This document shows positions 26,570 to 36,064 of a DNA stretch of 64,000 nt, piece after piece. Location: positions 2,951,883 through 3,015,882 of the forward strand of contig OZ250151.1 in NCBI GenBank assembly GCA_965237725.1. Reading direction: 5' to 3'. Below the pieces are notes generated by a model. The model saw only the letters and a list, made by a program, of their open reading frames with translations. It was not told the DNA's origin and searched no databases. The DNA is from Candidatus Spongiihabitans sp. (GTDB lineage Bacteria; Pseudomonadota; Gammaproteobacteria; Arenicellales; Poriferihabitantaceae). The position numbers and the translations under genes were made by a program. The stretch's first letter is position 1. Each line of letters starts with the position of its first letter.

Positions 26570-27729
26570 TAATAACTCCGCGGGAGTCCCAGCACGTGTT
26601 CAGCCACATAGCTGAGAATAAAATTGGTTGATATCGGTGCGGTCCGGTATAAACGGGTCTCGCGGAACTTGCGCTCGATGTGAAATTCCCGGGCAAATGC
26701 AAATCCACCGTGGACTTCCATGCACATATCGGCTGCCTGCCAACTTGCTTCTGATGCCAGTAATTTGGCCATGTTGGCTTCGCTTGCACACTTTTCACTC
26801 TGGTCAAATAACTCAGCCGCCTGTTTCACCATCAAGTTGGCAGCTTCGATATTGATATTGCATCGGGCGATAGGGAATTGCACACCCTGGTTCTGGCCGA
26901 TGGGTCGATTGAAAACTTTTCGCTCGGTGGCATAGGCGCATGCCCTGTCCACGAAAAACCGACCATCACCAATACATTCTGCGGCGATTAGGATACGTTC
27001 CGCATTCATACTGTCGAGAATAATTCTGAATCCATTATTTTCCTCACCCAGTAAGTTTTCTTCAGGAATTTCCAGATTATCAAAAAACAATTCACAGCTA
27101 TGGTGGTTAATCATGGAATCGATGGGGGTCACGGTCAGGCCATTTTCTTTTGCCTGGTTCAAATCCACGATGAATGTGGATAGGCCGTGAGTTTTTTTCT
27201 CCACCTTGTCAGTGGGTGTGGTTCGGGCCAGCAGTAACATCAAATCAGAGTGCTGAACCCGGCTTATCCACACCTTTTGTCCATTGACCACATATTTGTT
27301 ACCTTGTTTTTTTGCTGTGGTTTTCAGGCTTGTGGTATCCGTCCCGGTATTGGGTTCGGTTACCCCAAAACTTTGCAGTCGAATACTACCGTCAGCAATG
27401 CTGGGTAAATACATTTCTTTCTGGGCATCGGAACCATGTCGTAAAACCGAACCCATGACATACATCTGGGCATGGCAGGCACCGGGATGGCCGCCGGAAA
27501 AACTGATTTCCTCGAGAATGGCACAGGCCTCCGTCAGTCCCAGCCCTGAACCGCCGTATTGCTCGGGAATCAGGGCGGATAAATAACCTGCTTTCGTCAA
27601 TGCTTGAACGAATTCCGTTGGGTAGCTGCGATCACTATCCAGTTTTAGCCAGTATTGTTCGTCGAAATCCTGGCACAGTGAACGAACGCCCTGGCGGATC
27701 GCGTTTAATTCTTCAGATTCTTCTTTCAC
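26569..27729 (-). CDS. Acyl-CoA dehydrogenase
   Basis: 386 aa. FGVTEPNTGTD, KVWISR and the C-terminal HGGFAFAREFHIERKFRETRLY with catalytic Glu region are typical ACAD motifs. Confidence 0.9.
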   Translation of the reverse strand: MKEESEELNAIRQGVRSLCQDFDEQYWLKLDSDRSYPTEFVQALTKAGYLSALIPEQYGGSGLGLTEACAILEEISFSGGHPGACHAQMYVMGSVLRHGSDAQKEMYLPSIADGSIRLQSFGVTEPNTGTDTTSLKTTAKKQGNKYVVNGQKVWISRVQHSDLMLLLARTTPTDKVEKKTHGLSTFIVDLNQAKENGLTVTPIDSMINHHSCELFFDNLEIPEENLLGEENNGFRIILDSMNAERILIAAECIGDGRFFVDRACAYATERKVFNRPIGQNQGVQFPIARCNINIEAANLMVKQAAELFDQSEKCASEANMAKLLASEASWQAADMCMEVHGGFAFAREFHIERKFRETRLYRTAPISTNFILSYVAEHVLGLPRSY

Positions 27730-27740
27730 AGCGATGAAAT

Positions 27741-28529
27741 TCAGTCAACAACGGGAACAACATAATTCAGACCCTGGCGACCACCGTCGATGTAAACCGT
27801 TTCGCCGGTGACATAACTGGAATAGTGGCTGGCCAGAAACACCGCAACCTTGGCGACTTCGTCGGGCTCCCCTGGGCGCTGCATGGGCGTGCGGGACATG
27901 ATTTCGCGCATTTTTTCAGGATTGTCTGCAACGGTTTGAAACATTTCTGTATTGATCGATCCCGGCCCGATTCCATTTACCCGAACCCCTTCGCTGGCCA
28001 TTCGAATGCCTAAGCATTTGGTCCATTGATTCACCCCGCCTTTGGCAATCACATAAGGCGCTATGGCAGGGATAGCCAAAACCCCATTGAGTGAGGACAT
28101 GTTAATGATGGTCCCTCTGGAATTTTCTTCATCGGGTTTTTGTTTGATCATGCGTTGGGCTGCAATTTGTCCGGTAAGAAATACCCCTTTTAGGTTAATA
28201 GCAATAACCCGGTCAAAATCCGCTTCTTCCAATTCGAGAATATCAGCGGGGTGAACGATGCCGGCATTGGCTATGACCGTATCAACACGCTTGTACTTTT
28301 CCAGTGCGAAATCGAACAATGCCTCCACTTCTGCTTTAGAGCTGACATCGCAGTGACAATACACAGCGTCACCACCCTTGTCCCGCAAAATCTGTGCTGA
28401 CTTTTCGCCTTGGTCATCGTCTACATCGGAAAGAACAACCCGTGCACCTTCTTTGATGAATCTTTCCGCACAGGCAAAGCCGATGCCTCGGGATGCGCCG
28501 GTGATAATCGCAATTTTGTCTTTTAACAT
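27741..28529 (-). CDS. Short-chain dehydrogenase/reductase (FabG/3-hydroxyacyl-CoA-dehydrogenase-like)
   Basis: ITGASRGIG, NAG and catalytic YVIAKGG. I prefer the ATG at 28529 (MLKDKIAIITGAS), 17 bp after the ThDP-enzyme stop. Confidence 0.9.
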   Translation of the reverse strand: MLKDKIAIITGASRGIGFACAERFIKEGARVVLSDVDDDQGEKSAQILRDKGGDAVYCHCDVSSKAEVEALFDFALEKYKRVDTVIANAGIVHPADILELEEADFDRVIAINLKGVFLTGQIAAQRMIKQKPDEENSRGTIINMSSLNGVLAIPAIAPYVIAKGGVNQWTKCLGIRMASEGVRVNGIGPGSINTEMFQTVADNPEKMREIMSRTPMQRPGEPDEVAKVAVFLASHYSSYVTGETVYIDGGRQGLNYVVPVVD

Positions 28530-28545
28530 GTCAATCTCGTAAATT

Positions 28546-30165
28546 TTAATAATCTGTTTGAATCTCAATCACCGCGGGTTTGTTAGCCTTGACCGCTTTT
28601 TCGAATGCCCCTCCAAATTGTTCGCTTCTGGAAACAACAATACCAAAAGCACCATAAGCCTCGGCCAAGGCGGCGAAATCTGGATTTTTCAGATCTGTGG
28701 CCACAGGTCGTCCCGGGTAATGACGTTGCTGATGACTGCGTATAGTGCCATAGCTGTTATTGTTAACCACCAGAAAAATAACATTCAGCTTGTACTGCAC
28801 AGCAGTGGCGAGTTCTTGGCCATTCATTAAGAAACAACCGTCGCCGGAAAAAGAAACCACAATTGATTTTGGATAAACCAGTTTTGCTGCAATGGCTGAA
28901 GGCACGCCATAACCCATGGAGCCATTGGTCGGTGCAAGCTGGGTCTTTGGCGCTCGAAATTGATAATGGCGTTGGGCCCAGGGGGTATAGTTTCCAGCGC
29001 CATTGGTAACCACCGCATCAGCGGGTAAACGAGTGCGTAGAAATTCTGAGACCTTGTCCATGCGCATCTCGGCGTCGCTATTCCTCTCTTCGGTGAGAAA
29101 ATCGAGATAAATTTTGTTACCGGTTTCGATGTATTCACTGCGATCAATTTTAGTAGCAGGCAATTTGCACGCCGCTTTTAAAAATGACTCCGGATGACTG
29201 ACTATACCGAGATCTGCGCGATACACGGAATTGATCTCTTCAGGGCAAACATGAACATGAATCAGTTTCTGCGCCGGGTTGGTCGCATTGCCATAGGGTA
29301 CCTGGAGAACCGAATAAGCCGATGTTGTCATGTCACCCATTCTTGGACCGACGGCGATTAACAGGTCCGCAGCATGAATTTGTTCTACCAGTTTGGGATT
29401 GGGTCCGAATCCCATTTCGCCAATATAATGAGGGTGGGTATTATCGAAGCAGTCTGAACGACGAAATGCAGTGACTACCGCCAGGTTTTGTTGTTCGGAA
29501 AATTGTTTTAGCAGCTTGCTGGATTTTACGGTCCAGCCGGCGCCGCCACAGATGAACACAGCGCGCTCTGCCTTTTCAAGTAAAGCACCAAACTGCTTAA
29601 TCGATTTTTTTGACGGCGAAGCGGGAATAAACGTTGCGGGTTCCAGATCGGCGACATCACACTCGTCCATCAACATATCCTCGGGTAACTCAATCACCAC
29701 AGGGCCAGGTCGACCGTGGGTTGCGGTATGCCAGGCCTGCCCCAGTTGTTCGGGAATGCGTTTGGCATCATTGAAGGTGATCACCTTTTTTGCAACGCCG
29801 CCATAAACTTGCTTGAAATCTAACTCCTGGAAAGCTTCTCTACCCACATCACCGCGATCGATCTGGCCAACGAACATCAGGACCGGAGTCGAATCCTGAA
29901 ATGCTGTGTGAATTCCGACCATGGCATTAGACGCGCCTGGGCCGCGGGACACAAAACAGATTCCGGGTTGGTCGGTCAGCTTTCCATGGGCTTCCGCCAT
30001 ATAAGCAGCACCTCCTTCCTGTCGACAGGTTATGATTTGAATTTTATCTTGTCTCTCATATAACGCATCCAGCGCAGCCAGGTAACTTTCGCCGGGCACA
30101 CAGAACATTCGGTTCGCACCGTATTTAATCAAACCATCAATTAGAATTTCGCCGCCTGTTCGCAT
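28546..30165 (-). CDS. Thiamine-diphosphate-dependent enzyme (acetolactate-synthase / 2-hydroxyacyl-CoA-lyase superfamily)
   Basis: 539 aa. N-terminal Pyr domain (FCVPGESYLAALDAL, RQEGGAAYMAEAHG). C-terminal ThDP motif GDGCFLMNGQELATAVQYKLNVIFLVVNNNSYG. Confidence 0.9.
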   Translation of the reverse strand: MRTGGEILIDGLIKYGANRMFCVPGESYLAALDALYERQDKIQIITCRQEGGAAYMAEAHGKLTDQPGICFVSRGPGASNAMVGIHTAFQDSTPVLMFVGQIDRGDVGREAFQELDFKQVYGGVAKKVITFNDAKRIPEQLGQAWHTATHGRPGPVVIELPEDMLMDECDVADLEPATFIPASPSKKSIKQFGALLEKAERAVFICGGAGWTVKSSKLLKQFSEQQNLAVVTAFRRSDCFDNTHPHYIGEMGFGPNPKLVEQIHAADLLIAVGPRMGDMTTSAYSVLQVPYGNATNPAQKLIHVHVCPEEINSVYRADLGIVSHPESFLKAACKLPATKIDRSEYIETGNKIYLDFLTEERNSDAEMRMDKVSEFLRTRLPADAVVTNGAGNYTPWAQRHYQFRAPKTQLAPTNGSMGYGVPSAIAAKLVYPKSIVVSFSGDGCFLMNGQELATAVQYKLNVIFLVVNNNSYGTIRSHQQRHYPGRPVATDLKNPDFAALAEAYGAFGIVVSRSEQFGGAFEKAVKANKPAVIEIQTDY

Positions 30166-30280
30166 GGGTCTATATATTTATTGCCGGATAAGTGATTAGT
30201 TCGATTTATATCACAATCTACGGCCAGCGGGCAGATTCCGCCATGACATTGGGAGTCGCGGAAAACAGGTTTTGGATTGC

Positions 30281-31300
30281 TCAACCCAGCAAATTATTGT
30301 CCTTGTACCAGTTTGCTGTTTCCTCGATTCCGCGATCATTGTCGTAATTGAAAGTATATTCTAGAAGCCGTTTTACCTTTTCATTATTGAACTGGCGGTC
30401 TTTAGTATAAAAATCTACCCGTCTGCGATATATCGGTGGGTCGATACCAAGGGGCGTGCAAATCAGTTTGCAAAGGTCTGAGGCGATATAGAATGGAAAC
30501 AGGGGCAGCCGGATTACTCGATATTTTGTATTGCCCAGTTTTTGCGCAATAATTTTAGCGATTCCTTCAATAGAAATCGGTTCATCGCAGGCGGCGATCA
30601 TAATTTCTGATCGCGCTGCTGGAGTGATGCCGGCAAGCATAATAATGTTACACAGATCATCTACGTGGACCAGGTGATACATGCCTTTACCACCACCGAG
30701 CATTAACAGGTAGCCCTTGTTGACCATTCGAAACAATTTCAACAGACGCAAATCCCCTGGACCATATATCGGTGCTGGACGGACAATTGAGTAGGGCAGA
30801 TTATTTTCTTTAGCAAATTTGCCTATCCATTGCTCTCCTTCGAGTTTGGTACGCTGGTAACCATCTCCCGGGGCAAACCGGTAATTCTCATCGGCAAGAC
30901 CATTTTCGATATGCCCATGGACGCCAACTGTGGATACGTGAACAAAACATTCAAAATCCGGTTTCCCCAGAACCGCATTGGCCAAAAGCTGAGTTGCTTC
31001 GAGGTGTACCTTGCGATATCCATCATCATTTGGCTTTACTTCGCGGAATGCGGCGGCCAGATTAAAAATATACTCAACCCCATCGCAGGCTTGATTCACT
31101 ATTTCCGGATCGAAGACATCACCACGAAACCATTGGATGTCGAGTTTTTCCAGGTCCCCAAGACTGGAGCTTGCCCGAGCTATTGCCCGAACCTGGGCTC
31201 CGGCATTAACCAGTTTTTCGGTTAACACCCGGCCGGTAAATCCTGTAGCCCCGGTTATTAATACTTTTTTTTCGGAAAACCCTTGAATTGATAAACTCAT
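30281..31300 (-). CDS. NAD-dependent epimerase/dehydratase-family protein (extended SDR)
   Basis: ITGATGFTGRVL and catalytic YQRTK. The ATG at 31300 (MSLSIQGFSEKKVLITG) avoids the 71-nt overlap implied by the ORF-track start at 31438. Confidence 0.85.
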   Translation of the reverse strand: MSLSIQGFSEKKVLITGATGFTGRVLTEKLVNAGAQVRAIARASSSLGDLEKLDIQWFRGDVFDPEIVNQACDGVEYIFNLAAAFREVKPNDDGYRKVHLEATQLLANAVLGKPDFECFVHVSTVGVHGHIENGLADENYRFAPGDGYQRTKLEGEQWIGKFAKENNLPYSIVRPAPIYGPGDLRLLKLFRMVNKGYLLMLGGGKGMYHLVHVDDLCNIIMLAGITPAARSEIMIAACDEPISIEGIAKIIAQKLGNTKYRVIRLPLFPFYIASDLCKLICTPLGIDPPIYRRRVDFYTKDRQFNNEKVKRLLEYTFNYDNDRGIEETANWYKDNNLLG

Positions 31301-31367
31301 TTTACTTTGTTGGTTATTTAAATTTTTGGAAATTTGCTTACAGTCGCTTATACGGCGTGGATACTGT

Positions 31368-32237
31368 TTAGTGGGAAGTCTTTGTGGCTGCGATTTTACT
31401 TGCCTTTCTATGGCCCAATGTTCTTTGTGCGACGTCAATCAACGAGCATCTGTGTCCAACGGATTGCATTATGACATTCTGAGTCAACATGTTTGCAATC
31501 ACTTCTCGAGGGCGCTTATCAGAAGCTGATGAAGAGATTTCCGTGGCATAACTGCCGGGTCGACATTCTTCTCCTGGGAATGGCAGGGGATCGGAACCGA
31601 AAATAATTTTAAACCCTTTTGCTTTGGCCTGACGCATAATTAATGGCATAAACCACCCATAGGGGCGCATGGTTGTGTCGCCAACAGCCAGTTGCTCGGG
31701 TGTAAACGTATTTAATAGATCTTTTACCACCCCGCCGCGTTTGCCAATCCATTTACCCAGCCCCCAGGCAACAACAGGAACCCCATTGTTTTTAATCACA
31801 TTTTCGATTGTTTGCCTGGCGGGCAGACCTTCTTCAACCCGTTGGGGACAATTGAGTGACAAAATTTCTAGGTTCTCTGAAGTAATAATCTGCTGTCCGG
31901 GAAGCAGACAAAAATCCTGACCAGTGGAAGTTGATTTAATTTTCAGGCTATGGCCGGTATTTGAAACCGCAATGTCAAAGGCATCTCCTACCAGGTTTTT
32001 TGAATTTGTAGCCAGATCATCATAGACATGACAATCGTATCTTTCGGTGAGACAGGCAACTTTAACTGCATCCGAGGACAGGGCATTAAAATTTTTCAGT
32101 ACTGCATCCAACGCCTTATGTATTTCATAAAACGGATAAATATGAACGTGGGTGTCTACTATTAATTTCAATTTCTTATGCGTGCTTATAGTGCAAGTGT
32201 ATCTTCGTAGGTTTCTTTCAGCTGATTCTTGAAACAC
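31368..32237 (-). CDS. Hypothetical metal-dependent hydrolase-like protein (PHP/amidohydrolase-like N-terminus)
   Basis: LIVDTHVHIYPF is a His-x-His metal motif at the first strand, and FGSDPLPFPGEE follows later. The alternative TTG start at 32171 would remove the 52-nt overlap with the GT4 gene. I do not recognise the family. Confidence 0.5.
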   Translation of the reverse strand: MFQESAERNLRRYTCTISTHKKLKLIVDTHVHIYPFYEIHKALDAVLKNFNALSSDAVKVACLTERYDCHVYDDLATNSKNLVGDAFDIAVSNTGHSLKIKSTSTGQDFCLLPGQQIITSENLEILSLNCPQRVEEGLPARQTIENVIKNNGVPVVAWGLGKWIGKRGGVVKDLLNTFTPEQLAVGDTTMRPYGWFMPLIMRQAKAKGFKIIFGSDPLPFPGEECRPGSYATEISSSASDKRPREVIANMLTQNVIMQSVGHRCSLIDVAQRTLGHRKASKIAATKTSH

Positions 32238-33358
32238 GAAAAATTGTATCGCGTTTGATAGAGGGTGTGTGCATTTGCGCCGAGTTGATTTCGGGTGGTT
32301 GGATCATCGATTAAGCCAATAATCGTAGTAGCGAAACTATCCGAGTTAAATGGGCAGAGGGCAGCATTGGAAGAGTTTAGCAGTCGTTGATTTGCAATGG
32401 TATCAGTGGCGACGATAGTGGCGCCTGCTTTAAAGTAATCCAGAATTTTAAGTGGTGAATTAATCCCACTCTTACGCGGTGCAAGCAGGATGTCTGAACC
32501 CGCCAGATATGCAGGTAGCAGATCTGGATCGATTTTCCCTAGAAACATCACCTGATTACTAATTCCCTGGCTCTCAAGTATTTTACGATAATGACTGATT
32601 TCGCTTTCATCGCCGCCGATAATTATAAATTTGGCCTTGGTATTCTGATTGGTAACTATAGGGATGGCTTCAAAAATAATATCCACCCCCTGATATTCTG
32701 CAAAGGACCCCACATAGGTTATCAGCACCTGGTCAGGGTCTTGGCTCATCGTGTTTCGCGCAGCAGTTATCTCTTTTTCATTGGGTTCAACAATAGATGA
32801 AGGGATGTCGGCAATACCATAAATCGTCGCTGTCGGTGAAATCCCACGCGCTTGCTCTTCCAGACCTGGGCCGGTGCAAATCACCGCATCGGCGCGCCTG
32901 ATGGTTAATTGCTCGACCTGGTTGTATACACCCAGAATGATTCTTTTCAAAAGCCCTTGTTTATAGGACAGAGAATCAGAATGCTTTTCATAAATACATT
33001 TGGCCCTGGAAATAAATGACAACAAATAACACAGAAACCCGGCTTCCTCGGTACCATGGAGAATCACATAGCGATGGCGCAGCACCAGATAACTGCCCTG
33101 GATCAATAGAATCAGATCAAACCAGAGTTTGAGTAAGGATGGTCCAATGGAAATTTTCTTTGACCCAAACAAATTCCATGCCCGAATTACTCTGGACTTT
33201 ATTACCGGCTCATCCTGGCCGATTGGCAGTGTGAGTAGATCCACTTCATACCCAAGCTGATTCAGAGCCATGATATTAAATTTTACTCGAATTGAGCTAC
33301 CACGCCATTCGAAAAATGGCTGAGGGCTGACAAATAAAATTCGGGGTTTGTTGTTCAT
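32186..33358 (-). CDS. GT4-family (GT-B) glycosyltransferase
   Basis: 390 aa. RILFVSPQPFFEWRGSSIR, YVGSFAEYQGVD and SDILLAPRKSGINSPLKILDYFKAGATIVATD are typical of the GT4 C-terminal domain. Confidence 0.85.
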   Translation of the reverse strand: MNNKPRILFVSPQPFFEWRGSSIRVKFNIMALNQLGYEVDLLTLPIGQDEPVIKSRVIRAWNLFGSKKISIGPSLLKLWFDLILLIQGSYLVLRHRYVILHGTEEAGFLCYLLSFISRAKCIYEKHSDSLSYKQGLLKRIILGVYNQVEQLTIRRADAVICTGPGLEEQARGISPTATIYGIADIPSSIVEPNEKEITAARNTMSQDPDQVLITYVGSFAEYQGVDIIFEAIPIVTNQNTKAKFIIIGGDESEISHYRKILESQGISNQVMFLGKIDPDLLPAYLAGSDILLAPRKSGINSPLKILDYFKAGATIVATDTIANQRLLNSSNAALCPFNSDSFATTIIGLIDDPTTRNQLGANAHTLYQTRYNFSCFKNQLKETYEDTLAL

Positions 33359-33650
33359 TTAAACATTTCCAGATCGCTCTGGGGAGATGGAAAGGTAAGC
33401 AGTAATATACAAGTGCTAAAGGTTATCTTCAAAAGTGAATTTTACGCGGTTAAGGACTTAAACCGGTGCGGATTATAATGGTTTTGGGAAGCAGAATCCG
33501 TTACAAAACTTTAACCGCATTGTGGGGGAAAATAACCACAAATACGTCATGGTTGAAAAAAAAGGATTAAATTCCATTTAAATAAAATCATGTTACATTT
33601 CCCGAATAATTTAGCGATTTTATCCTAATTCAAATTGAGTAAAGCACAAA

Positions 33651-34892
33651 GTGGCAAATTCCAAGGCATATAAAACCTTTGATGTGAACCAGGTTCGAAA
33701 GGACTTTCCGATCCTGCAGCGTCAGGTTAACGGGCACCCATTGATCTATCTTGATAATGGTGCGTCAGCTCAAAAGCCCCAGTCGGTGATCGATCGGGTG
33801 TCAAAATACTACAGCGAAGAGCACGCCAATATTCATCGGGGGGTGCATCATTTGAGTCAGGAGGCGACCCAGGCTTATGAAGATGCCCGGGAAATCATTC
33901 GCGAATTTATCAAGGCCGAGCATGTCCACGAAGTATTGTTCAATAAAGGCACAACCGACGGTATCAATCTGGTCGCGTCGTCGTATGGCAGAAAGAATTT
34001 TGGACCCGGAGATGAGGTTATCGTGTCCACCATGGAGCATCATTCGAATATTGTGCCCTGGCAATTGATTTGTGAAGAAACGGGTGCGAGCTTGAAGGTA
34101 CTGCCGATAAATCAAGATGGCGAATTCAAGATGGAAGAATACAAGTCTCTGTTAAGCGAAAGGACCAAAATGGTGGCAGTGGTTCATGTATCAAACGCAT
34201 TGGGTACTATAAATCCGGTAGAAGAAATTATTTCCCTGGCCCATCAATACAACGCTCCGGTGTTACTGGATGGTGCTCAGGCTGTGCCCCATATGCATAT
34301 CGATGTGCAGAAAATGGACGTGGATTTTTACACTTTTTCTGCACACAAAGTTTTTGGTCCCACTGGAGTAGGTATTTTGTATGGTAAAGAGTCGCTGTTA
34401 AATGACATGCCGCCTTATCAAGGCGGTGGCGATATGATCGAAAAAGTGACCTTCGAAAAAACCACATACAATACATTGCCGCACAAATTTGAGGCCGGCA
34501 CACCCAATATTGTCGGTGGACTTGGTTTTGGTGCTGCCATCGAATATTTCACTCAGTTTGACCCTAAGGAAATAGCCGAGCATGAACAGGATATTTTGCA
34601 CTACACCACTGAAAAGTTGACCGAAATGAAAAACATCCGGATTGTAGGGACTGCGAGACACAAGGCTAGTGTAATTTCATTCCTGCTTGAGGGCGCCCAT
34701 CCATTTGATGTGGGGACAATACTCGATCAGCAGGGAATTGCCGTTCGGACCGGGCATCACTGTGCCCAACCACTGATGGAATTTTATGGCATACCTGGGA
34801 CTGTGCGCGCTTCTTTTGCCATGTACAACAATCGGGCAGATGTTGACGCTCTGGTTGCTGGGGTAAAACGTGCGGAATCCATGTTGCTCTGA
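33651..34892 (+). CDS. sufS: Cysteine desulfurase, SufS subfamily (class V aminotransferase fold)
   Basis: HANIHRGVHHLSQEAT, GTTDGINLVA, FSAHKVFGPTGVG (PLP Lys), RTGHHCAQPLM (active-site Cys) and RASFAMYNNRADVD parallel E. coli SufS. GTG start. Confidence 0.88.
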   Translation: MANSKAYKTFDVNQVRKDFPILQRQVNGHPLIYLDNGASAQKPQSVIDRVSKYYSEEHANIHRGVHHLSQEATQAYEDAREIIREFIKAEHVHEVLFNKGTTDGINLVASSYGRKNFGPGDEVIVSTMEHHSNIVPWQLICEETGASLKVLPINQDGEFKMEEYKSLLSERTKMVAVVHVSNALGTINPVEEIISLAHQYNAPVLLDGAQAVPHMHIDVQKMDVDFYTFSAHKVFGPTGVGILYGKESLLNDMPPYQGGGDMIEKVTFEKTTYNTLPHKFEAGTPNIVGGLGFGAAIEYFTQFDPKEIAEHEQDILHYTTEKLTEMKNIRIVGTARHKASVISFLLEGAHPFDVGTILDQQGIAVRTGHHCAQPLMEFYGIPGTVRASFAMYNNRADVDALVAGVKRAESMLL

Positions 34893-34909
34893 AACTGCGG
34901 ATTATTGTT

Positions 34910-35332
34910 GTGACCGAAATTAATCAAATACAGGATGAGATTATCGAGGAGTTTGAAATCTTCGATCAATGGATGGATAAATATGAATATATTATCGATC
35001 TAGCCAAAAAAATGCCATTAATCGATGAACAGTTCAAACATGATGAAAACCTGGTGCCCGGTTGCCAGAGCAGAGTATGGCTTCATGCAGAATTGAATGA
35101 GGGTAAAGTAAGTTTAAGCGCGGACAGTGATGCAATCATTACTAAAGGTATTATCGCTTTGTTGATTCGGGTTTTATCCGACCAACCCGCTGATCAAATT
35201 CGCGATGCGGATTTGTACTTTATCGATAAAATCGGATTGAAAGAACATCTTTCACCCACACGATCCAATGGGCTGGTTAATATGGTGGCAAAAATTAAAT
35301 TGACTGCCAACAATTTGAAACAAATGCACTGA
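34910..35332 (+). CDS. sufE: Sulfur acceptor protein SufE
   Basis: 140 aa with PGCQSRVW (persulfide Cys). Starts 17 bp after sufS. Confidence 0.85.
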   Translation: MTEINQIQDEIIEEFEIFDQWMDKYEYIIDLAKKMPLIDEQFKHDENLVPGCQSRVWLHAELNEGKVSLSADSDAIITKGIIALLIRVLSDQPADQIRDADLYFIDKIGLKEHLSPTRSNGLVNMVAKIKLTANNLKQMH

Positions 35333-35348
35333 CCATTGCAAAACTGGT

Positions 35349-36035
35349 TTAGCGCATTTTCTCCAGAATGTCGGGGAGTTCGCTGATATTCTGGATTTGG
35401 GCATCGGGAAAGTATTTACCTCGCCAGGGTTGATTGAAGGTATTAACCCAAACCGTTTGCATACCCATTCTTGCGGCGCCTTCAACGTCTCTTTCGCAGT
35501 CATCGCCGACGTGTAAAATTTCTTCTGCAACAAAACTGGATTGAGAAACAGCTGCTTCGAATATGGCAGGGTCGGGTTTACCGAATCCAATTTCTGCGGA
35601 AGTAAGAGAGAAATCGAAGTACTTGCCGATTCCAATCTGATCTACATCCGCATTGCCATTGGTGATGGATCCTGTGCAAAAGTTTTTATTTGCGTAATCG
35701 AGCACTTCGATGGCTCTATGGAAAAAAGACACATTGTTACGTTGTTTCCAGTACACATCAAATCCCTGATCGAGCAAATCTGATGAGCAGTTAAACGGGT
35801 CGACGATCTCACCTATCCAGTTCTTTCTAAGTAGCGTCAGGTCGTGGTGCAACTCCGGATAGTTGTTAAAGTAGGCATGTCGATGTGCAGTCAATTGCTC
35901 CAGGGTAAATTGCGCGGGAATTTCAGGTATGGATTCCTGCAACCAGGCATAAAATCGCTTTTCAGCATTGACTATAACCGGTTGAATAGCCCAAAGGGTG
36001 TCGTCAAGGTCAAAGGTGATGCATTTTATTGACAT
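35349..36035 (-). CDS. HAD-superfamily hydrolase (subfamily IA)
   Basis: Motif I ITFDLDDTLW, motif II GSITNGN, and motif IV HVGDDCERDVEGA. Confidence 0.8.
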   Translation of the reverse strand: MSIKCITFDLDDTLWAIQPVIVNAEKRFYAWLQESIPEIPAQFTLEQLTAHRHAYFNNYPELHHDLTLLRKNWIGEIVDPFNCSSDLLDQGFDVYWKQRNNVSFFHRAIEVLDYANKNFCTGSITNGNADVDQIGIGKYFDFSLTSAEIGFGKPDPAIFEAAVSQSSFVAEEILHVGDDCERDVEGAARMGMQTVWVNTFNQPWRGKYFPDAQIQNISELPDILEKMR

Positions 36036-36064
36036 GGTATTTACCGAGAATTATATATAGAGGA

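Noticed and set aside
31301-31438. Longer ORF-track starts that create large overlaps (epimerase 31438, SDR 28568, GATase1 59320, GIY-YIG 38155, ArsR 56772, kinase 36029, rbgA 60052, AhpD-like 11282)
   Set aside because: In each case a downstream in-frame start aligns with the conserved N-terminal motif of the family. It also removes the overlap with the neighbouring gene or sits behind a better RBS. The extensions have no family-like sequence.
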